From Eledone cirrhosa (lineage: Eukaryota): a stretch of 64,000 nucleotides of DNA. The notes beneath the pieces are model-generated. The model saw only the letters and a program-made list of their open reading frames with translations. It did no database searches and was not told the origin of the DNA. The position numbers and the translations under genes were made by a program. Positions 11,976 to 24,404 of this stretch are shown in pieces (position 1 is the stretch's first letter; each line of letters opens with the position of its first letter). The stretch lies in NCBI GenBank assembly GCA_964016885.1, contig OZ024753.1, forward strand, positions 9,114,001-9,178,000, in the 5' to 3' direction.

Positions 11976-12512
11976 ATATATATATATACAAAGGCTGGCA
12001 TCGAAGAAACAACACCACACGTTCAGCCGGCCCCCTGTATCATGAAAAGAAAATCTTTTTTCGGGGAAATTATTAGATCTTTCCAAATTTTAAAGGTTTC
12101 TTATAAACTTCCAATATTTATTTTAGGTTTTGATGTCTGAAGAACTCAGGCTATCATAATTGATAGTCCTCAGTGAAATATATATAACAGAGGTTTAAAT
12201 AAACCTGAATCAACTGAATATGGCGTCCAATCATTTATTAATGTAAATGTGGGTGGTGTTGAGAAGAGTATCCAGTCGTAGAAAACCTGCAAGGGACAGT
12301 TCTGTACAAGCGAGACACGGTCTCTCGACCAATCCCGCTTCAAGTGGAACATAACCATCCAACCCATGCTAGCGTGGAAGATGGATGTTAAAGATGATGA
12401 TGGTGATGATGATGATATATACTTGTGTATTAATTTCAGTTCTTATTAATAATTGCCATGTTTCTTTCCAGGGACTATATTAAGAAATAAACCTCATTTG
12501 GTCATATATATA

Positions 12513-12580
12513 TAAGGGTCAGCTGAAAAGTTAATAGGCTAACCAAGATGCTCTCATGGAACGACCAAATGATGTTTTAA
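12513..12580 (+). mobile_element. Probable Tc1/mariner-type terminal fragment
   Basis: TA-flanked AAGGGTCAGCTGAAAAGTTAATAGGCT...; homologous to 5043-5130. Confidence 0.4.
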
Positions 12581-12825
12581 TATAAACTCTGGAAAGAAGC
12601 ATATGACATACCCATTTGGAATTGATCGGATAAGGTCACTCTTGTGAGTATGTCATATAACATTTCATACATCTCATAATATATTTTATCTGAAGAAGGC
12701 ATTCTATATTTTATGTCAAACATAAATTTTTAGCATCCCACAAATCTATATAATGAAATAAATAGTGATGCCATAGTGTTATATCTTTCGTTTATTACTA
12801 TGAGATATATATATATATATATATC

Positions 12826-12856
<31 letters not shown>

Positions 12857-13167
12857 TTTACGTCCACTTTTCCCTGCTTGCAAGGGTGGGACGGGAACTG
12901 ATACTACAGCTGGATGCCCTTCCTAACACCAACCTCATTTACAGTGAGTTCTGGGTGCTTTTTTGCCGTGGAACCTCCACGACCACTTTGCAGTGGAATG
13001 ATATGGACCCCAGTCCCCATCATCTCATTTCTACAGCTGAGTAAACTGGAGCAATGTGAAATAAAGTGTCTTGCTCAAAGAAACAACACATCACTCGGTT
13101 TGAGAATTGAACTCACAACCTTTCGATTCTAAGCCCAATGCTCTAACCACTAAGCCATGTGCCTCCA
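12826..13167 (-). mobile_element. SINE family A
   Basis: Reverse complement of the family, from (CAT)n tail to head CCATGTGCCTCC. Confidence 0.92.
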
Positions 13168-13231
13168 CATGTGTTTATATATGGATGTATATTATACACA
13201 TATGTATAATACACACACATATATATATATA

Positions 13232-13570
13232 TTTCATTTCATTTCATTTTATGTCCGCTTTTCCCTGCTTGCACGGGTGGGACAGGAACTGATTCTGGCT
13301 TGATTTCTACAGCTGGATGCCCTTCCTAACGCCAACCTCATTTACAGTGAGTGCTGGTTGCTTTTTTGCCGTGGCACCTCCACGACCACTTTGCAGTGGA
13401 ATGATAGGGACCCTAGTCCCTATCATCTCATTTCTACAGCTGAGTAAACTGGAGCAATGTGAAATAAAGTGTCTTGCTCAAGGAAACAACACATCACCCG
13501 GTCTGAGAATTTAACTCACAACCTTTCGATTGCAAGGCCAATGCTCTAATCACTAAGCCAAGTGCCTCCA
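13232..13570 (-). mobile_element. SINE family A
   Basis: Full-length copy whose head abuts the (CAT)n tail of the RTE LINE. Confidence 0.92.
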
Positions 13571-14475
13571 TCATCATCACCGTTTTACGTCCGTTCTTCC
13601 ACGCTAGCATGGGTTAGACGGGTTGTCCTGTTGTGGGCAGTGTCTGGTCGGCTGACCATGCCTTGCTCATACAGGAACTGATCTGGCTTGATTTCTACAG
13701 CTGGATGCCCTTCCTAACACCAACCTCATTTACAGTGAGTGCTGGGTGCTTTTTCGTGGCGCCTACACGTCCACTTTACAGTGTGGGCTGGGTGCTTTTT
13801 TGCCGTGGCACCTCCACGACCACCTTGCGGTGGGGGGGGGGGCATATTGTTTATATGCTTCAGCATGTACCCATGGGAGGTCGGGTACCCTGTATTACTG
13901 CGTGACGCCAGAAGTCACGGTCGTGTGTCATTGACTTTGAGAGGTGTAGTTGGGTAAGGTCGGCTTTTATCACCTCATCCCAAGTCATCTTGGGTCTCCC
14001 CACTCCGCGGTTTCCATCAACTTCTAGTGCTCTGCACCTTTTTATGCAGCTGTCATCCTTCATACGCATCACATGTCCATACCAGCGTAACCGCCTCTCC
14101 TGCACGCAGCATTTGATTCCTCTTATGCTCAGTCTCTCTCTCAATTCATTTATGCTTTGTCGTTCACGTATATTACTGTTACACATCCATCGGAGCATGC
14201 AGGCTTCGTTTCTCTCTAATCTACGTAAGTCTTCCACCTTCAGCGCCCAGGTCTCACTACCATGCAACATCGCTGTTCGGATACACGCATCATACAGTCT
14301 GCCTTTCATTCTGAGGGAGAAGCCTTTTGCAGCTAGCAGTGGTAGTAGTTCCCTAAACTTCTTCCATCCCGTTCTTACCCTAGTTATTGTACTTTCTGAG
14401 CACCCACCTCCGTTGCTAATTCGGTCACCTAGGTAGCAGAAGCTGTCTACTGTTTCTACAGGGCCCTCCCAGAGA
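13571..14475 (-). mobile_element. 5'-truncated RTE-clade LINE (ORF C-terminus, 3' UTR and (GAT)n tail)
   Basis: VDSFCYLGD...RELLPLL...LYDACIRTAMLHGSETWA...RRLRWYGHVMR...GRPKMTWDEVIKADL; ORF stop at 13860. Confidence 0.92.
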
Positions 14476-14981
14476 TTGGTGGTACTTGTTTCCTGTGGCT
14501 GTTTGCTTGCTGTTTCAGCATATATATATATATATATTTATGCATGTGTGTGCGTGTATTTATGTATGTATATACATTTATATGCTTGCTTGTATCAACA
14601 ACAACCAACCAATGGAATTAGAAGAACAAATTTCTTTTCCATTACATTTTTCCTGTAAAAACATTCGCCGTCTAAAAGTGTTCTGATATGGATTCTGCAG
14701 ATATTGATAACTATTTTATTCAACAGATAAATACACTGTGTATCTGCTATTGAAATAATATTATAAACCTTATATATATATATATACATATGCATGTGTG
14801 TGTATATATATATACATCCACATGTATGTATATATATATACACACATATGCATATGTATATATATATGTATATATATATATATATTTAATATACACATAT
14901 GCATATGTATATATATATGTCCCAAGGCTCTGATACCATCAACACTATAAACACAGAGCTGGCATATCTAAGAACTGACTA

Positions 14982-15037
14982 ACTGCCTGATGAGGTCATA
15001 GCCATTCAATGGCTATCATCGAAATATATATAGCAGT
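14982..15037 (+). ncRNA. Minimal type I hammerhead ribozyme in a solo pLTR-like insert (about 14920-15085)
   Basis: ACTGC-CTGATGA-GGTCATAGCCA-TTCAA-TGGCTATCATC-GAAA-TATATA-TA-GCAGT followed by AATAAA; insert bounded by (TA)n. Confidence 0.8.
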
Positions 15038-15103
15038 AAATAAAGGATTATGAGTTCATGCAATTGACTTATGTTTTGTCACTGTATATATATATATATA
15101 TAT

Positions 15104-15290
15104 AATTGTTTCTACTTTAGGCACAAGGCCAGCAATTACCCAGTGCATTACTGGTACTTTATTTTATCGACCCCGTAAGGATGAAAGGCAAAATCAACCT
15201 CGGCGGGATTTGAACTCAGATCGTAAAGGGACATAACTATGCTGGAAAGCATGGCGTCCGACCCTCTACCGATACTGCCAATCCACCGCC
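15104..15290 (-). mobile_element. SINE family B
   Basis: Full-length reverse complement of the copy at 25483-25668. Confidence 0.9.
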
Positions 15291-15294
15291 TATA

Positions 15295-15688
15295 TATATA
15301 ATACATTATGAAGAGAGAAGAAACATTAGATATAATTAGTAATAAGATATATCATACCTAAACTGCTTCTAAATTCCTCGACTACGTAGTTTCGTGGCAT
15401 ATTATGCAGAAACACTACATCATAGAGATATAGAGTTTTTGTGAGGTCTGCCGACTTATCAAGAGGATGCCTCATTAAGGGTTTTAAAACACGTCTGTGA
15501 TGCGCGAGATAGAATCTCAAAAAGGTGGAGGGGGAGTCAATCACGTGATACAGCGGTCAAGAAACAGAGCTAAGCCCCTTATAACTCTGAAAAAAATACC
15601 ACGGAGGCGGAGAGGTATTTATATCTTATGATATATCTTATTACTAATTATATCTCATGTTTCTTCTCTCTTCATAATGTATTATATA
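15295..15688. mobile_element. Inverted-repeat element (~60-bp arms) with a decayed internal hammerhead
   Basis: Arms at 15295-15356 and 15627-15688; minus strand 15427-15377 reads CTCTATGATGTAGTG...CAC-GAAAC-TACGTA-GTC-GAG. Confidence 0.75.
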
Positions 15689-16017
15689 GCTCTGATACTG
15701 AATCAATCTAATCCATTCGGATTGGTTTGTCCCAGTTATTCATAGAGCAACATCGGATGAGGTTGGTACCACTAACTCAGGGTTATATGTGGATATATTC
15801 ATGTGTATGTATGTGTCCGCATGTATCTGTGTGTTTCTATATATTGTTTATATCATCATCATCATCATCACCGTTTTACGTCCGTTCTTCCACGCTAGCA
15901 TGGGTTAGACGGGTTGTCCTGTTGTGGGCAGTGTCTGGTCGGCTGACCATGCCTTGCTCATACAGAAACTTATATATATATATGTAATATACACATATGT
16001 ATATATATATATATATG

Positions 16018-16057
<40 letters not shown>

Positions 16058-16086
16058 AATATACACATATGTATAATATACACATA

Positions 16087-16125
<39 letters not shown>

Positions 16126-16316
16126 TTATATATATGTATAATATACATATATGCATATGTGTATATATATATGTGTGTTTATATATGGATGTATAATATA
16201 CACATATGTATAATACACATATAATGCATATATATATATCTAAATCCCTCCCCCATGAAGAATGCACCTCCCAACATAGACTCATAATTAGCGACCTCAT
16301 AGTGTGCATAGGATAT

Positions 16317-17050
16317 ACGCAGACTGGAGAGGAACGAAGCTTGCATGCTCCGCTGGATGTATAATACATGAACGGCAAAGCATAATCGAACTAAGGGAAA
16401 AATTAGAAATAAGAGGGATCAGATGTTGTTTACTCGAGAGAAGACTACGTTGGTACGGTCACGTGATGCACATGAAAGACGACAGCTGTATAAAAAAGTG
16501 CAGGGCAATAAAAATAGACGGTAGCCACGGAGTAGGCAGACCCAGAAAAACCTGGGACGACGTGATAAATTCCGACCTCACACACTTACACCTCTCCAAG
16601 ACAATGTCACTGGACCGAGATCGTTGGTGCTACATAGTAATACAGAAGACCCGCCTTACCAAAGTACAAAGTGAAACCTACTACAGTCAGTAGGCACCTC
16701 TAACAAAAATACACCCCCGTCCCACTACCCCCACCCCATCCACACCACCCCTTTCAATGTAAAGTTATGTTGGTACCATAACATCCAGTCCGAAACAAAT
16801 GAGGTCGTGTAGGTGTAACGGCAACAAAACACACAGTCCACGCTGTAATGTGGCCGTGTGGGTAACACGGTAAACACCTCCCAGTCCACACTGTAAACGT
16901 GGTTGGTGTTAGGAAGGGCATCCAGCCGTAGAAAACCCACCAGACAGTCCTATGCTAGCAAGACAACCACTCTTGCCTCAAGTGGGAAAACTCCCATCCA
17001 AAGCCATGCAAGCGTGGAAGATGGACGTTAAACGATGATGATGATGATGA
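16317..17050 (+). mobile_element. 5'-truncated RTE LINE
   Basis: ERQSIIELREKLEIRGIRCCLLERRLRWYGHVMHM...GRPRKTWDDVI; 3' UTR and (GAT)n tail. Confidence 0.9.
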
Positions 17051-17145
17051 TATATACACACACACGCACATATATATATATATATATAAATACATATATA
17101 TATAAATACATATATATATATATAAATACATATATATATATATAA

Positions 17146-17180
<35 letters not shown>

Positions 17181-17384
17181 CATATATATATATCTATATA
17201 CATATATATATCTCCAGACATATATATTTATGAGATATCACATATAATGGCTTCGTTTCCTCAGCAATTGACTTATAATGCTTCCTGGGTGATTATTTGA
17301 CCATTCAGTACACCACTGAAGTCTTCAATAAAAGAATACGCCAATTATTTTTATTAATTTTATTTTTTATGTTTATTTATTTGC

Positions 17385-17630
17385 TAAGTACCAGTAATGC
17401 ACTGGGTATTTGCTGGCCTTGTGCGTAACGTAGAAATAATTATTATTTGGCAGTATCGGTAGAGGGTCGGACGCCATGCTTTGATGCATAGAGTTACGGC
17501 CCTTGCCATTCTGAGTTCAAATCACACCAAGGTTAACTTTGCCTTTCATCCTTACGGGGTCGATAAAATAAAGTACCAGTAATGCACTGGGTATTTGCTG
17601 GCCTTGTGCCAAAAGTAGAAACAATTATTA
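17385..17630 (+). mobile_element. SINE family B, a partial tail followed by a near-full copy
   Basis: GGCAGTATCGGTAGAGGGTCGG...GAGTTCAAATC...GTAGAAACAATTATTA. Confidence 0.85.
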
Positions 17631-17740
17631 TTCTTTTAGATATAAGCAAGACTATTTTTTGGGGGTAGGGCCAAATAAATATCATTGAAAATATCTTAGT
17701 TGGTTGGCTGTGTATGAATGAACAGTTTATAGGACTGGAG

Positions 17741-18000
17741 TATAAATAATATAGAATCAAAAGATGGTTAAAAGAGTTCCATGTATTTTATTATATCGCA
17801 TTTCAAAAACAAATATCATCATGGGATGATATTTGCGTTCTCATCAGATAAAATAGGGAGACATGATATCAAGCTTAAAAAACACTTGTGAGCAGTGATG
17901 AGAACGCAAATATCATCCCATGATGATATTTGTTTTTGAAATGTGCATAATAAAATACATGGAACTCTTTTAACCATCTTTTGATTCTATATTATTTATA
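17741..18000. mobile_element. Fold-back element with ~105-bp arms carrying a hammerhead
   Basis: Arms at 17741-17846 and 17896-18000 are near-perfect inverted copies; right end runs into (TA)n. Confidence 0.85.
17784..17855 (-). ncRNA. Type I hammerhead motif with a 16-bp stem II
   Basis: TATTTTAT-CTGATGA-GAACGCAAATATCATC-CCAT-GATGATATTTGTTTTT-GAAA-TGCGATA-TA-ATAAAATA; 8-bp stem I. Confidence 0.75.
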
Positions 18001-18092
18001 TATATATATATAGGTAAGTTATTCCGGGTTGAATCGGAGGTAACCACAGTAAGGTACTCAATATATAGAGTATAAAAGTTTTAATATAGAAG

Positions 18093-18140
18093 AGATTCTA
18101 CAAGACTAGAACTGTTTCATTCGTGAGAAATCATCAGGGA
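18093..18140 (-). ncRNA. Hammerhead-like core in a pLTR-like remnant (18011-18140)
   Basis: CTGATGA-TTTC-TCAC-GAAT-GAAAC-AGTTCTA-GTC; stem I not evident. Confidence 0.45.
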
Positions 18141-18194
18141 AAAAGCGGACGTGAAATGAAATGATGATGATGATGATATATGTATGTATGTATG

Positions 18195-18435
18195 CATGTA
18201 AAAGGTAAACAGAAATAACAACACAATTGGTACAGTATATGGAAGGAATATTAATATATTTTATCCATATATAGTACCAATTGCTTGAAATAGCAGGAAG
18301 AGGATTTTAACGTTTCGGACGCTAGTCCTTCATCAGAAGAAAGAATGAGAAATTAGAAAGATTGAAGGGACGGGCGGGGCGGATTCGGAAAAAATGTTTT
18401 AGAGAAAAATAACAGGTCCATTGATGTTGCCATTT

Positions 18436-18437
<2 letters not shown>
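18195..18437 (-). mobile_element. Repeat family H1 with intact hammerhead core at 18305-18340
   Basis: Minus strand TCTT-CTGATGA-A-GGAC-TAGC-GTCC-GAAAC-GTT-AAAA; seven homologous copies in the window. Confidence 0.8.
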
Positions 18438-18485
<48 letters not shown>

Positions 18486-18514
18486 TATATTTTTTCTTTT
18501 ATAACATAGATATA

Positions 18515-18733
18515 TCATCATCCTCATCATCATCATCATCAGAAAAATCATTTAATGTCCATCTTCCACGCTAGCACGGTTTTTTTCCATTTGATGCGGG
18601 AATGGTCAGGAGACCATGTCTCACTCGCACGGAAGCGTCTCTGGCAGGTTTTCTACAGCTGGATGCCCTTCCTAACACCAACCACATTTACAGTGTGGAC
18701 TGGGACCCTTTTTACCGTGTTTCCTACACGGCC

Positions 18734-18737
<4 letters not shown>
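18515..18737 (-). mobile_element. RTE 3' UTR fragment
   Basis: (CAT)n tail and CTACAGCTGGATGCCCTTCCTAACACCAACC. Confidence 0.8.
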
Positions 18738-18775
<38 letters not shown>

Positions 18776-18796
18776 TATTTTAACTGATATTTTTTT

Positions 18797-19630
18797 AGTA
18801 TAGGCCTGTATACGAACAGCAATGCTACATGGCAGTGAGACATGAGCATTGCGTGCAGAGGACCTGTGCAGACTGGAAAGGAATGAAGCATGCATGCTCC
18901 GTTGGATGTGTAATAGTAATATATGTGAACGGCAAAGCATAAATGAACTAAGTGAAAAATTAGGAATAAGAGGGATCAGATGCTGTTTACTTGAGAGAAG
19001 ACTACGTTGGTATGGTCACATGATGCGCATGAAAGATGACAGCTGTATAAAAAAGTGCAGGGCGATCAAAATTGATGGTAGTTACGGAGTAGGTAGATCC
19101 AGAAAAACCTGGGACGATCTGATAAATTCCGACCTTACACACTTGCACCTCTCTAAGACAATGTCACTGGACCGAGATCTTTGGCGCGACGCAGTAATAC
19201 AGAAGACCCGCGTTGCCTATGTACAAAGTGAAACCTACAGTCAGTAGGTACCTCTTAACCAAATATACACCCCAATCCACAAACCCCACCCTATCCCCCT
19301 ACCAACACCACCCACTCTCTGTAAAGTTGGTACCACAACATCCAGTCCAAATAAATGAGATCGAGATCGTGTAGGTGTCATGACAAAAAAACACACAGTC
19401 CACGCTGTAATGTGGCCGTGTAGGTAACACGGTAAAAAGTTCCCAGTTCCGCACTGTAAATGTGGTTGGTGTTAGGAAGGGCATCCAGCCGTAGAAAACC
19501 TTCCAGATAGTCCTATACGAGCGAGACACGGTCACCCGACCAACCTTGCGTCGAGTGGGACAACTCCCGTCTAAACCCATGTTAGCGTGGAAGATGGATG
19601 TTAAACGAAGATGATGATGATGATGATGAT
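18797..19630 (+). mobile_element. 5'-truncated RTE LINE
   Basis: ACIRTAMLHGSET*ALRAEDLCRLERNEACMLRWMC...RRLRWYGH; complete 3' UTR and (GAT)n tail. Confidence 0.92.
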
Positions 19631-19698
19631 TTCATTTGATGAACGAACTGGACGTTTCTGTTAGAATCGTCTAACTCCGTGAAACCTTGGGTAATGGA
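19631..19698 (+). ncRNA. Hammerhead motif with one core substitution
   Basis: TTCAT-TTGATGA-ACG...CGT-GAAAC-CTTGG-GTA-ATGGA; all three stems can pair, C3 replaced by T. Confidence 0.6.
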
Positions 19699-19809
19699 AT
19701 AATTATATTGTGTTGTTTATTATATAATCAAATAGCTCTGTATTATACATAGAGCACTCTTCTTTCCTTTACCTTTTCTACAGAAATACATAATACATAA
19801 AACATATAT

Positions 19810-20144
19810 GGAGGCACATGGCTTAGTGGTTAGAGCATTGCAATCGAAAGGTTGTGAGTTCAATTCTCAGACCGAGTGATGTGTTATTTCCTTGAGCAAG
19901 ACACTTTATTTCACATTGCTCCAGTTTACTAAGCTGTAGAAATGAGATGATAGGGACTGGGGTCCCTATCATTCCACTGCAAAGTGGTCGTGGAGGTTCC
20001 ACGGCAAAAAAGCACCCAGCACTCACTGTAAATGAGGTTGGTGTTAGGAAGGGCATCCAGCTGTAGAAATCAAGCCTGCATCAGTTCCCGTCCCACCCTC
20101 GCAAGCAGGGAAAAAGCGGACGTAAAATGAAATGATGATGATGA
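19810..20144 (+). mobile_element. SINE family A
   Basis: GGAGGCACATGGCTTAGTGG head through to (GAT)n tail. Confidence 0.92.
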
Positions 20145-20644
20145 TATATATGTATATAGGAAAGAAATAAATATTCTTAAAAAGACTCCAGTTGCATTTT
20201 CGATTTCATCTTTTTTCCTTAAACTTTCACTCGTGTAGGACATCTTGTTTTATTTCATTAAAAAAAAAACCTCATTTTCTTTTATATATATATATCTATA
20301 TATAAATACATCATCTTTTCTTTTTCTTTAACAGACTTACATTTCCTGGGTTAGTTTTCAGATAAAATAGCGAAATTGTAGAGTTTGGGCCTGTTTTATA
20401 TATTGTGGGGGGTTAAGAAAAAAAAACAGATTGATTATAACATGAACATAGTCTCAATGATGTGCTGAATTATGATATTTAATAAGCACTCCTGTTTGTT
20501 AATGTCTACTTTGATAGCGAAGACAAAATATTTTAGCCTATCTTTGGAGCTGTGCTATATAATTTACTGTTAGAATTGAAGTCGCCATCTTCACCATTAT
20601 CACCATTTTAATGTTCACATTTCTAGGCTGGCTTGAGTTGCATT

Positions 20645-20669
20645 AACACACACACACACACATACATAT

Positions 20670-20702
<33 letters not shown>

Positions 20703-21105
20703 TACACATGAACACACACATATGCACGCATTCGCACACTCGCACATATATGCACACATACATATACACAGACACAGTCACACACACACATATATGCACA
20801 CATACATATACACACACACCCATATATGCACACATACATATACACACACAGAGTCACACACACACACACACACACACATACATACATATGAACACATACA
20901 TATACAGACACATACACATACATATGAACACACATGCACACATTCACATACACATTAGCACACACATTCATATACACATTAGCACACGCACATACATATG
21001 CCCACACACACATTCCCACACACACACATGCACACACATTCACACACATACACACACATTCACACGCATGTACACACATTCACACAAACACACACACACA
21101 TATAT
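20645..21105. repeat. (CA)/(CATA) compound microsatellite
   Basis: Direct inspection. Confidence 0.95.
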
Positions 21106-21589
21106 AAAAACAATGATCTTTTTCACAGTTCCATCTACCAAATTAACACACAAGAAATGGTCAGTCAGGGACTATGACAGAATGTTCTGGTCAAGAAACC
21201 ATGTTGCAGGTTTGATCCTTGAGCTATGGAGTTGTGAAGCACACTGCTCAACTTCACAACTCTGCTTCACAATTCAGTTTTTTAGACTCAATTTCAAATT
21301 CTTTTGTTTTAGATTTCTCTAATAAACAAAAAGTTTAAATATTTCTTTGACTTTACTGGTGGGTTGGCAGGATTTGTAGAACATGAGATAAAATGTTCTC
21401 TTTACATTCTGAGTTCAAATCCCATCAGTGTCAACTTTGTCATTCATTTTTTCTAGGGTTGATAAAATAAAGTACCAGTCATGTACTGGGGTTGATATAT
21501 TCAACTTTGCCCTTCCACCAAGTTCACTGGCTTTATGCCTAAATTAGAAATCAATATATTGAGATCATGTCTATTTCTAAAGAATTAGA

Positions 21590-21715
21590 TATTGTCATGT
21601 CACACTATTGTAACGTCACAATATTGTCATGTCACACTGTTGTGACATTACACTATTGTCATGTCATACTACTGTCATGTCACACTAGTAAAATTACACT
21701 AATATGATGTCACAC
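21590..21715. repeat. Short ~16-bp tandem repeat
   Basis: ATTGTCATGTCACACT variants, about 7 copies. Confidence 0.8.
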
Positions 21716-24404
21716 TAACGTACAAATCAAACACTGGGTTCAATGTAATCCACTTTCCCCTTCCCCTAAAATTGCTGGTCTTTTGCCTAAATTAGAAACC
21801 ATTATCTATAGTTAATATATCAAATACATTGCTATGGCCAGTCTTTCTGCAGAACAAATCAGATCTAGAGAAGTGAGCTTTGATAAAAATCCTGCTTGTC
21901 TCATAGTAAGCAGTAGCTCATGCGACGATCATCAGTTTAATTAGATGTCCTCGCCATCATGAACACCAGTGGCTTCACAGATGATTGACTATTAATTCGA
22001 CAATAGGTTGGCAAAATTGCTTCAGACAGTGGAGAAATCAGCAAGTATACAGTTGTGGCAAGCCACATACATTCTAGCCATTAGAAAAAGCAGAATGAAT
22101 GATTCACCTTCGAAAGAGAGATGAATCAAGAAGCAGCAGCTATGGCCTTCTATTACATAGTTTTCTGCAATGTTTTCACTCCTTTCTATATTTAAAAGTA
22201 TTAAAATTTATATTAACTTGAATGAAAGTTAAATAATCCTAATTTAGTGCTGATCAAACAGATCTATAACCAATGATATTCTATTCTAGATCAGTTCATA
22301 TTTTGATATATTTACAATTTATTATCTAATCTGTTATTCTTTTCTTTAAGATAGCAAACGAAATTAGGCTGTTATTTCTAGTGAATCAAACCATGGCATT
22401 AAACCACAGCATAGAAACTTTCTTCATTAGATTAACTTCAATGAAAGTTAGAAGCATACATAAGTTGTGAAAAAGATGCAACAATAAAGGTATTAGTTAA
22501 TGTGAGCAGAAACCAGTTGTGATGGCAACTAATGGGAATAATCAGCACCCAACAGATGAAAAAGACTGGATGAGATAGGATTTATTTCGAAACTGAAGCC
22601 AGGGTAGACATGGGAATAAATTGTGAAATCAGATCTGAGAAGAATAGTGTTATATGATATTTTAAACACACCTAATGTATGACAGAACAGAAAGACAGAC
22701 ATTAAAATAAGGATGATGACAAAGATGGTGATAATAATGACAAAGATGATAATGTTTTCCTTTTTAATTTAAGAATAAAATCACCATTGTCAATAGTGAC
22801 TGACTCAGACTAGATGTTTCATGCTGAATTAATTCTGTTGAAGACACATAATGACACCTTAGGTTGCACAGATAAAAGAGACAGTTTAACAAAAGAAATA
22901 CCATTCTGAAATTACTGATTAGGATTAAAACAGCCTTCTCTAATTAACAATAGAATCTTGGAACATATTTTAATTAACAGTCACACAATAAATTAACATC
23001 CAAATACTTTTCCAGTATAAAGATCTCTTTCATCTACCCAGTCAATAGATATACTTTGGGTAAAGGAAATAAAAGTTAGATTTTGCTTTTAGCTGCAGTT
23101 GACTTATATATTTCAATGACAGAGGATTTACTGGCTTGTATGTATACTGCCAGTTGTTAGAACATTGGATAGAGTTCTTTGTGGTATTCAGTCTGGTTCT
23201 CTGATCTCTGAGTTCAAATCCTACTTATGTCAACTTTTCTTTTCATCCTTTCGAGGTCGATAAAAAAAAGTAGGGTCGATTTTCTCCTCTATATCTCTTT
23301 CTCACTTCCTCTCTCTCCTTCTCTGGAAGAAATCTACTGTACTCAGGCCTAACAGCAGAATTATTTCTATTTCTTTTTTCATCTTAATTTTTCTTAATTT
23401 CAAGATGAGAAAAGATTGATTTCTCTAGTAAAGAAAAACACTTTAATTATTCTTTATCTAACTTCACTGAGCTCCTGGTACATTTCAACTTCATAATGCC
23501 CTCCAATGTATTATTTCAGGAGTCAATATTAAACTTCTCATTTCCAATAAATATGACAACAATACTTCTTAATGGGAGTATTCTTTTTAACCCCTTGCTC
23601 TCACACACACACAATCCATTTATATATATTGTTTTATTGATAACTTTTAAACTTACTTTCCATAAGTTCAAAATAAAGATTTTAAAGTATCGTTGTTTCC
23701 TTGTAACCTTTTCCTCAAGTCCTATGGCCTTTTATTGCACAATAAAATATCAATGCTAACATTTTTTTTATGTATCATACTGAAGTTCTAAATTTATCCT
23801 ATTTATAAAAGAAAAAAACTTTAGGAATTGTTACTAAATTTCTGAATGAATTCTTTCCTTTTCAATTTATCATAGATCTATGTATGACAGCTGGAGATTT
23901 GATTGAATCTAAAACTCCATAAGTAAATTAGATAGTACTGATAGTAAGTATTCTAAGAGAAACAACTCTAAACACACAGCTGGCTTTCTAACTCTCTGAT
24001 GTGAAGTGACAATTTTTCAATAAATTCATATCTGACACAATCGCAGACACACACTCAAGTACCACTAACTGTCTCTTTCTTTCTTAAAAGAACATTGCTA
24101 AGCAATTTCAACACTAATTTTCTCTTGCTAGTCTCTGTTAAAAGTCATGACTTCCCTTTCCTCTTTCTCTAGTTTCGTTTCATTGTAAGTAACTAGATGG
24201 GCATAAATAATGACAAAATCAAAATATGAAAAATCTAAATGTTGCCAAAGCGTTAAAGAGGTTCCTAGAGAGGTGACAGTTCTGAATTCAAGAAGCAAAT
24301 AAGATTGGATTAAAAGACTACACTTTTCTGAGACATATTAACCATTTCAAGTAACACTTACTTCTAACAGCAAATTGAGCCAAAACAAGATAAGAATATA
24401 CACA

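Noticed and set aside
21830-24400. Repeat-poor stretch as possible host exons or regulatory DNA
   Set aside because: I found no sustained ORF or recognisable motif. Small exons or enhancers cannot be excluded without RNA-seq or conservation data.
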